A stretch of 64,000 nucleotides of DNA. Origin: the human T2T-CHM13v2.0 reference genome, Homo sapiens. The position numbers and the translations under genes are program-made. This document shows positions 55,163 to 64,000 of this stretch, in pieces. The notes under the pieces are model-generated. The model worked only from the letters and a program-made list of their open reading frames with translations, searched no databases and was not told the DNA's origin. Within the stretch, counting starts at the first letter, position 1, and the number at the start of each line of letters is the position of its first letter. The DNA is taken from assembly GCF_009914755.1 (NCBI RefSeq), contig NC_060935.1; one strand, given 5' to 3'.

Positions 55163-58009
55163 TCAGGCCTTGAAGTTCACTCATTTAAAATAAATATTGA
55201 GGCAAGCTTTGAAAAAATAATTCTTAGCAGGTGAATAAAACTTACACATTGCGTTTTGAACCTTCAGAATGCTGCAAAATAAAGGTAACTATTGGTTGAG
55301 TGACAATTGAGTCATAGTTGTAAATTAAATGTATTCCCAAAGAAAGACCAGAGAAAGAACATATAAAACTAAATTGGAAACAGTGCTGGAATTTGGTCAT
55401 TTTTTTGGTTCTGGTGGGAGGCTTTCAATAATTTAAACATTCATGTTGTGATAGGTGAAGTGTGGGCTTAATGAGTCTTGATGGGAGACAGAGCTTACCT
55501 CCAATGACAATGGTTTAGATACTTAAACTTTGTTTCTCGGCTTTTTCTAAAGTTAGAGTATGACCATATGATAAATATTCTGCCAATCTGACATACTCAT
55601 TCATGACTTCGAAACAGGAGATAGTGACACAAAGAAGCAGGGATAATCAGAAACCATCCTAGAAATGGGCAGTGGCAGTTGGTATAACAATATTCAGTTT
55701 TCAGGGTCAGCAAAGCCAGATGTACCAGCAAAGGAATCCATTGCCCAGCAAGTGCCCTGTGTTCTATAGCATGGTTTTGGCAGCTGTCTTAGCTGATGCC
55801 CTTCTTGCTTATTCTCACCTGTTTCTGAGCCTGCTGCTCCATGATTTTGTGAGCTACTCAATAGCCTCTCAGCAAATTCTTTTCCTACTTAAATCAGGCA
55901 GAGTTAGTTTCTGTTTCATGCAACTAAAAACTTTGACTGGAACAAAAACTAAAAAATTAAAGGATTGAAAAAAGTCCAGTAAGAATGGAGTAGAAACTCA
56001 AGTTGTAAGGTAGTTTATAGTGAGCCATTAACAATATGACAAAGAGAATGGCTTTGCATTATTGAGTCATATGACATAGAAGAAAGAACACAAGAGCTGG
56101 AGTTGGGGAACTCTTCTTGAAGCCTAGCTCTGTGTTTTCATCTGGCTGTATAACTCTAAGAAAATCACTGAACTTGGAGACTTAGCCTCCTCATCCTTAA
56201 ATAAGAGTAATAATATATGTCCTACCTGTTTCCAATATGATAGTTTTTGTGAAAGTACTAAATAAGTAAGCTATCGTTACTTAGCTGTACATTTTAAGCT
56301 AGCAGGTCAAAGGTTGGTACATGGTAGAAAAGGTGGTATTGAAAAAGAAGTGATAAGGCTTCAAACAAAATGAATACAATTTTAGAAAACCATTTTCAAC
56401 ATTTTGAAGCACAATAACGAAGAGAACAAGGAAGCCAAGTGGAAGAAATGGTGTTGATTTTTTCCATGACAGAAAACAATTTTGTTTATTAGAGGATCTG
56501 AACTTGAAACACTACTTGTGGTCAAAGTTGGTTTTCAGTTGTGAATTTAGTGAAGAATTGGCAGTCCACTGATAAACACTAAAAATCTGGTCCATGCATA
56601 CCAAATGCTTTCTAAATTAGTTCAGTTATTAAATGAATATTTACTGAGTATCTACTGTAGGTCAACTTACACAAAGAACTGTGTAAAAATACGAGTTCTA
56701 TAGGTTGCGACAGGGAAGATTTGTAAAATTGTATCTGTTTGATCTTCTTTATTCTACAAAATGGGAATTATATTTATACCATGAAGGTAATGTAAGGATT
56801 AATTAAAATAACACAAAATACACAGTTAAGTGCTTGCCAAATAGTACATAAAAGCTATTATCTTTCTCACAGCTCCTCTCTTCTCTTCTTCCCCCTCCTA
56901 AGTATTATGACTATACTGGAAAAACTTTAAAATTGATGAGACATAACATATGCTGTATTAGAAATGCCAAAGCTTGTATATGTGAGCAGTGCCTTTAGTG
57001 ATGGTTATTATTCTGATAGGCAAAAGTGAGAAATTAGAAGATTTAAGAAGATTAGTTTTTCTGTGCTTCAGTTTCCTCAACAGAAGAAATTAGAAACTGG
57101 CTTGACAATAAACCCCAAATTTTATTAAAGTCCTATGATTTTATAAACTAGTCCTTTTGTTTTAACTTTTATGGTTTTCTTCTTTTACAAAAGCAGTACT
57201 TGTTTGTTATGTAAAACAGAGAAAATACAAACAAAAAGGAGAAAAGAAAAAATCACATGTAATTGCTCTATGCTTTTGTTATATCTAGTTTTTAAAATAT
57301 GCATCCACAACACTCTACATGTATTTTACCAAAAAAGGAAATCACATTTTAGATAATTTTTAGTAGACATTTTATTTGTACTAAACCATGCGTTTTCAAT
57401 TGGTAAATTAATTTTTTAAAATGAGAAGGAGGCTGTCTGATAATCCCTCCACCACCCCTGTCAAATTTTGACTGATTTGGGAACAGCCTGATATACAGTG
57501 AGCCACTAAATAAAGGCTTGAGGCAAAAATTGTACCTTTTGTCAATCGAGAAAAATTACTTCTATAGTTCAATTTATAAATAATCTTGTTTCTGCCATGA
57601 AATAAAAATTCTTTACCTAAGTAGGACAAGGACATCAATTCTCAGCACCAAAAGATTTAATGGATGAAACCATTAATGTGCTCACCCACATCATCAACCT
57701 TTTCAAATGAAGGTATTAATCTTGATTAAGTTCTTCACCAGTGATTCTCAACTTCAGTTAATTTCACCAGACCATGAATAGAATAGCTCACATGGGAATA
57801 TTAATGTTTAACTTAGATAATTACATTGACATTTGGGGAGGAGGGGGTAGTCATATTTTTAGCAAAACTTAATTTGAACTGAATCTAGATAGTTTTTCTG
57901 AAAATCTGAGGAACAGTGAAATTCACCACAGAAAAATTAGAAAAACATAAAGATGACCACAGATGGAAATATGGAAAGATGTGTTTTACAAATAAAAGCT
58001 GGCATGGGA

Positions 58010-61000
58010 CCTCTGATTTCAGGTCAGACATGTAAAGACTCTGGTCACTCTTATCCTTAAAATAAGAAAATAATAGACAAATTCATAATCAACAAATTTT
58101 CTTGGACCCATGAGAAAATTGAAGTTGCGGGGCAAACTGCCATCCTCAAAAGTGGAGAGATGGGTTCATCCAGAGGAACATAGCTGAGATCTTCTTACCA
58201 GGGGCAGGAGCAGCTGGATTCCTAAAGTGGTAGGAACACTGAAACACTTCGATGAATGGCTGGAGACTGAGTCTAGACTAGTGATGATAGTGGGAAATTC
58301 CCGGGTGCTGCTGTCTTAGGGGAACTTCCACATGTTTGGGGCTTTACCTCCAGGAACTCCACCAGGTTTTTATGGTGAAGAACTCAGAAAGATACTCTCC
58401 TTACTCTGTTACAGGGAGGAGGAGAGTGACCATTGTGAAATATGCCCAGGACATTCTCCATATCCAAGCCCTATGATCCAGGGGAAATTGTTAGAGACTT
58501 ATCCCAGTTTCAGGAAGAGAATTCCTTTCAGTCCAGCCTCTTTCAGTCTTCCTGTCTCACCTAAGAGGAAGTAAATATAAGCCACGGGGGTCAGAGTTTC
58601 AAGGAAATAAATAGAAATACTGCAACCAGGGAAGCATATAGAGGGGCAGAGGCAAAAGAAGAAAAAGCTGTATTGTGAAGCCCCAATGCACTGGCCTACT
58701 AAAGGACTAAGATTTAATTAAAATATTTTGAACACTCCCCTCTCTCATACTTTACCAGCATCCAACAAAGCTCCAGTATAACAACAGTGGATTACAGCTA
58801 AAAGAGCTGAAATACATAAGCTGTCTCTGAAGAAGACTATATAGGGGAACCCAAAACCAAGAATAGAGACAAAAACAAATACATTAGAGAAACTTGAGGC
58901 CTCTGATCTCAAAACTGTAACAACTAGGACAAACATTTAAACATTGTGCAACTCCTTGCCAGAGTAACATAAATTTGTACACTAAAAGCCCATTTACCTC
59001 AGTTTATCTTACCTGATAAAACATATGGCTTTTAATAAAAAATTACAAGGCATGGCAACAGAGAAGAAAAAAAATCTGAAGAGATAAAGCAATCATTAGA
59101 ATCATTTATATCATATTAGATATGATATAAATTTTGGAACTATGAGACACGGAATCTGAAATAATTGTGAATAATATCAATTTGAAAAACCTATACATAA
59201 TATAAAATTAACATATTAGAATAACATTTCTAATAAAAAAAGTAAATAATATGCAAAAAATCATGAATAATGTAAGCAGAAAGATGGAAACCCTAAGAAA
59301 AAATTGAAAGAAAGTCTAGAAATCAAAAACACTCCAGCAGTGTTGTATATATCACTAACATTGATATGGTCAAGAAAAGAATCAGTGAGCTTGAGGGTAG
59401 GTTAGTAGAAACTTCCCAAACTGAAATGCAAAGAGAAAGAATAAAAAATAATTAAGAATTATGGGATAATTTCCAAAAAATGTAACATATGCATAATTGG
59501 AATGCCAGAAGAAGGAAAAGTAGGCAGAACAGAAGAAATATTCTCCAATAAAGGGAACTGGGGTTCCTCGAAGAAACGGCAGGCTCTAGGGCTGGGGTAA
59601 GAAATATACAAGATGAATGTTGAGCATCTTTCAGTGCCATAAAGTAAGGATATGTTCAAAGAAACGACAACCACCCACAATGTTAGAGATATGTCAAAGG
59701 GACAGAGTAGTCAACTGAAATCACTCCTGAAGGCTAAAGCTGGAAGAGTTTGAGCCACAAAATAAAGTCTTATAAAATAAATATAGAGGAGTCTGTACAG
59801 ATACAATCTATAAATATATAAATTAATAAATGGAGAGAAATACATAAATCTGTCATGTAAAAGAATTCAAATAATTATGTAAATACTCTGTCTTGAAGGT
59901 ACTATATATAACTCCCCACTGACTAAGTATGGGATGCACACAGTGACTTCTTTTCGAAGAGTACAGTATCAAAACATGGTGAAATCGTTTAACAGTTTGA
60001 GAAACTTGACCAACACTACCTCTGCCCGGTGATCAAGGTTAACATTCACAATGGTAAGTTATGTTAATAGCATGGCCCTTTTGGGGTGATAGAGGTGTGA
60101 TAATTGCTCTCTACCCATCATAAGGGTCATGGCCAACACTCCTATAACAAAAGACAGATTAACAAGAGAAAAGCATAATAAATTATTTAATCAAAGTTTT
60201 ATATGACATGGGAGACTTCAGAAAAGAGAGCCAAAGACCCAGGGAAAATTATCTATTTTTAGGCTTAAATCTTATGCTTATGGCCAGTGTTGCAGAAATT
60301 TGGGCAAAAGAGTATGATCTCATGGTAATAGACTGAGAGAAATAACCCAGTAAGCCCTGTCTGTTTGTATTCTTCTTGACCTCTCTGTGCAGCAGTCCCT
60401 CCTCCTACATATAGGGCAGGACCTTAGCAATGAATGTTTTATGGCCTACTATCAAACAACGTAGGTCAGAGTATTTCTTTATGGCCAGCTGCTATACAGA
60501 AAGGTGGGAGAAGATGATAGTAATAGTTTTAGGGTTTATGGCTTGTTTTGGAAAAGAAGGGTCTAGTTTTTATAATCTTGGGGAAGAGGGAGTTTAGTTT
60601 CTATGGTTTATTTCACAGGAGAAAGAGGGGCCAGAGACTTTGCTTCTGAGGAATTCCAATCTCCTTTACTTCAAAATACTCAGCATCCCAAGGCACCATA
60701 CTTTGGGATACATTTTTGAGTCCCTATACACATTTGATATAATGTGAAGAGATTGGTGCTTTACCTCTATGGTTGTCCATCCCAAAACACATATCCCAGT
60801 TTAATCATGAGAAAAAAAATCAGACAAATATCAACTGTGGGACATTTTACAAAATACCTGAGCAGCACTCCTCGATGTTGTGAAGGTCATCAAAAAACAA
60901 GGTAAGTCTTAAAAACTGTAATAGGCAAGAGGAACCTAAGGAGACAGGATGATTAAATGTAATGTAGTATCTTGGGTAGGATCCTGAAGCAGAAGAAGAT

Positions 61001-61220
61001 ATTAGGTAACTACTAAGTAATCTAAATAAAGTAAAGTATTGACTGTGGTTGATAATAATTGTATCAGCATGGTTCCTTAATGTTGACCAATGTTCCATAC
61101 CAAGGGAAGATGTTAATAATAGGGGAATTGGGTATGGAAAATGTTGGAACTCTCCATTCTATCTTTGCAACATTTTTACAAATAAAATAGTTATAAAATA
61201 AATATTTATTTAAAAAAAGA
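58010..61220 (+). mobile_element. Old L1MC-like element, internally deleted, with a nested LTR
   Basis: 5'-like segment, ORF1-like A-rich stretch (~59030-59550) and L1M 3'UTR ending 'ctatctttgcaacatttttac...aaataaa'. Confidence 0.65.
60082..60730 (-). mobile_element. ERV1 solo LTR (MER34/MER90-group-like) nested in L1
   Basis: 'ctcagcatcccaaggcaccatactttgggata...gagtcccta' is the reverse complement of the group's recalled 5' end. Confidence 0.65.
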
Positions 61221-61384
61221 ACAAACAAGGAAGCCTTAAGATAGTTGGATATTTGGGAACTGATTTGTTGTAACACATCTACCACCACGATGACCACACA
61301 CACAAAAAAGTTACATACACACATATAATAGAAGACCTTTTTATTTATGTATTCATTCATATATTTCAAAATAAATGAATATAT

Positions 61385-62350
61385 TTTAAACATCTATAAT
61401 AAACTGGCTCTGTGCCCAGCATTGGTGAAGTTTTCTGCCCTATAGTATTTGGAGTCTAGTGGTGGAGATAGACACTAACTAGCAATTTCAGAAATCAACC
61501 TATAGTTATGGACTGGCAAATATGGAAGCATGTAATATGGTAACAGGATTTAATGGGGAAGCCTCATCCTGTCTGTGGCCTGAGGAAAAGTCTTTGATGG
61601 TGCATCCTTCAAGAGTTGAAGAATGACTGTTTAGAGAAATGGTAGAAGAATATTTCTGAAGGATAGAATGGAATTTGGAAAGAATCTTTGATCGGAAGTA
61701 TGCGACAAATTCAAGGACCTAAAAATTGACCAATATGTCTATAGGGATCAAGGAGCAAATAGCTCCAGATGAGTCTAGGAAGGTGAACTGAGGCCAAATC
61801 ATGCAGGGTAGCAGAGGCCATGTTAGGGAGATTTGTGTTTTTTTCCTAAGAGTGGTAGAAAGTAACTATTTGTATCTTGGATGGTGAATGATAACATGAA
61901 CAGATTATCATTTGTAAAAGACCACACAGATTTCATTGTAGAGAAGGGACTGAGGAAGAATAGGAGTTGGTGGATATGCAGGCATCAAGGGGGATAAAGA
62001 AATCGGTGAGAAAATTTATGTCCAGGAAAAAAGATGATGTCCGGAAATCCAAGCAGTTCAACTGAGGGACCAGGTACCACAGAAAATGCCCAGTTTTCTG
62101 GCTTATGCTACTGAGCAAAGTGTTTGTATTACCAGATACAGAAATCCTTGAAGAAGTGGAATATTAGGGGAGGATGTTGATGTCATGATTCTAGATGTAC
62201 TGTGCTGCAAGATGTTTTTGAGACATTTCAGTGGGGATGTCAGGTCATTTGCTAGATATCTGGGTCTGGATTTCAGAGTAAGATTAACTTTGGAAACACA
62301 AATTGAGAAGTCACCAACCTCTAGCTAATAATTGAAGCCATGGGAATAAT
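61385..62350 (-). mobile_element. L2 remnant
   Basis: Typical antisense L2 motifs ('gagacatttcagtggggatgtcagg', 'aattgagaagtcaccaac'). Confidence 0.6.
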
Positions 62351-63845
62351 GAGATAATGAAAATACAAGAGAATCTGGAGTTATTTTTCTTGGATATCAT
62401 CTTTCTGAAAGGCCAGGACAGATGACGTGACAATCATACTCTCTTTGAGAACTGCAGCTTGAGATGCCTCCAGCCACTCAAATTTCTAGTCACTCAAAAT
62501 TTATTGAATTGCAGTTGTACAATAGCAAGGCCAGTGCATTCCTATATTTTTTATTCTTTTTTTATTATTTATTTCTTCACGTAGTACTTGTTTTGAAGTA
62601 GTTACTTGTTAAAACAAACTTGTAATTTTTAAATGATAATAAACATTTCCATTTAAAATTAATCCAGTAAAACTCTCTAAGCCTCAGTGTGCTCATTTAT
62701 AGAAAGGGGATGGTACTATTTATTTTAATGTATTTATGAGAACAAAAATAAAATAAGGAAGTGAAATGTCAAGTAACAATAGTTAAGGATAAAATGAGAC
62801 AATATAAATGATTGGCTTAGTTCTGAAAAAAGCAGTAATTTGTTTTCTTCCCTTCCAAACCCCTCATTTTACAGAGGCAAAATAAAATTTGAATCCAAAG
62901 GTCACAGTTAACGGTACAACCAATATTGGAATCAAGGGGTCTTGGCTATCACTCTGTTACTAATAATAGTAAATACCCTGTTCTCTGTATGTTTACATAG
63001 GATGACAGGAGTGTTTCTGCAGTTGCAAGTATGCACATGCGTCTACCAAAGTCTGATGTGTAGATTTTCTCTCTCGGAAGACGTTCTGCTTGACCTTCAT
63101 CTAGAAATGTAAGCTGTTTATCCAACAGACACCTGCATTAATTAGCATTAAACACCTTAAGTGTTCCTTTTCTCAGAGGACCCAGGACTCACACACTTTA
63201 TACTCAAGGAGCAGCAATGAATACATTACAAGATCAGGAAAGGATATGTATTAGCATAAGAAATACAACGAAGGAGATAATGTGAAATCATACTTTAAAA
63301 AAAAAGGCAGAGAGAGAGAAAGTAGTGAACAAAGTTGGTAAGGGACTGAGTTAAGATGAGAACCCAGTTCTTCTCCTTCTTTCTCTGACACTTTAGTGTT
63401 CCCTATCTAGGTTTCTGTTCTCTCCTTCCTTTCTCTCCATGAGGAGGTTTCTGTTACTTTCTGACTAAGCTTTAAGCGATGCAGATGGAGGAGAATTTGT
63501 CAACAGGGTGGGAAAGGTACAGAAAACAGATGCTAGATTGTCCGTTAAACATGCTCCTTATTTCAGAAATTCAGGATCACAATCACTCCTTTTTCTTTCA
63601 CCGTGAGGGAGCCAATCCAAATAGAGGCAGAGGCATTGTTGTTTTCAAAGCAGGCACAAGTACATTGGAGGAATATCAATGCTGCCAACTAGCTGAAGAA
63701 CAACAGCTTTTTATCTTTTGTTTTCTCAGTGCCTTGCACACAGATTAGGTGCCAACTATCTACCCAATAATCTTGAGTTTATAATCTAACCCAGATGACA
63801 AAGTTAGCAATAAAGCAATTTCTATAATATAAACTCTTAATATAT

Positions 63846-64000
63846 TGTTAAATCAAGTTTAGCTGAAAGTTGTCTCCTACATATTTTAAGTTCAGCCTAA
63901 AGGTTTCTCTCTACATTGTGAACTATAAACTAAATGGAGTTGTAAACAGACTATAGTCTATTCTTGTGCCAATCACCGAGTTTTGTCTAATCAAAGGTGG
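63846..64000 (+). mobile_element. MER57-like ERV1 LTR, truncated by the window end
   Basis: 'tgttaaatcaagtttagc...acatattttaagttcagcctaaaggtttctc...gccaatcaccgagttt'. Confidence 0.8.

Overview
AT-rich, repeat-dense hominid DNA, most likely human. It holds the 3' ends of two convergent gene copies. The five terminal exons and 3'UTR of NOX4 lie on the + strand (3548-~21380). Exons 4-5 of tyrosinase lie on the - strand (54995-~43830). The NOX4 copy has an in-frame TAA (S440*) and a damaged NADPH-binding motif, and the TYR copy encodes Leu instead of Pro at codon 406. This points to the paralogous segmental duplication (NOX4P1/TYRL, 11p11) rather than the functional 11q14.3 locus. A TSD-bounded CBX3 processed pseudogene sits in TYR-like intron 4. 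Its CpG-rich 5' segment, read on the - strand, gives a GC box, TATAAA, a first ATG and a cryptic donor in phase with the intact TYR-like exon 5. This is a candidate de novo 79-aa membrane microprotein gene and remains a hypothesis. Other points are a higher-order 16/20-bp microsatellite, four short direct duplications spaced 0.75-1.3 kb apart, intact NOX4 miRNA seed sites, and many Alu/L1/L2/LTR/DNA-transposon remnants. Comparisons with parent genes and repeat consensuses are from memory and need alignment. Repeat boundaries are approximate.
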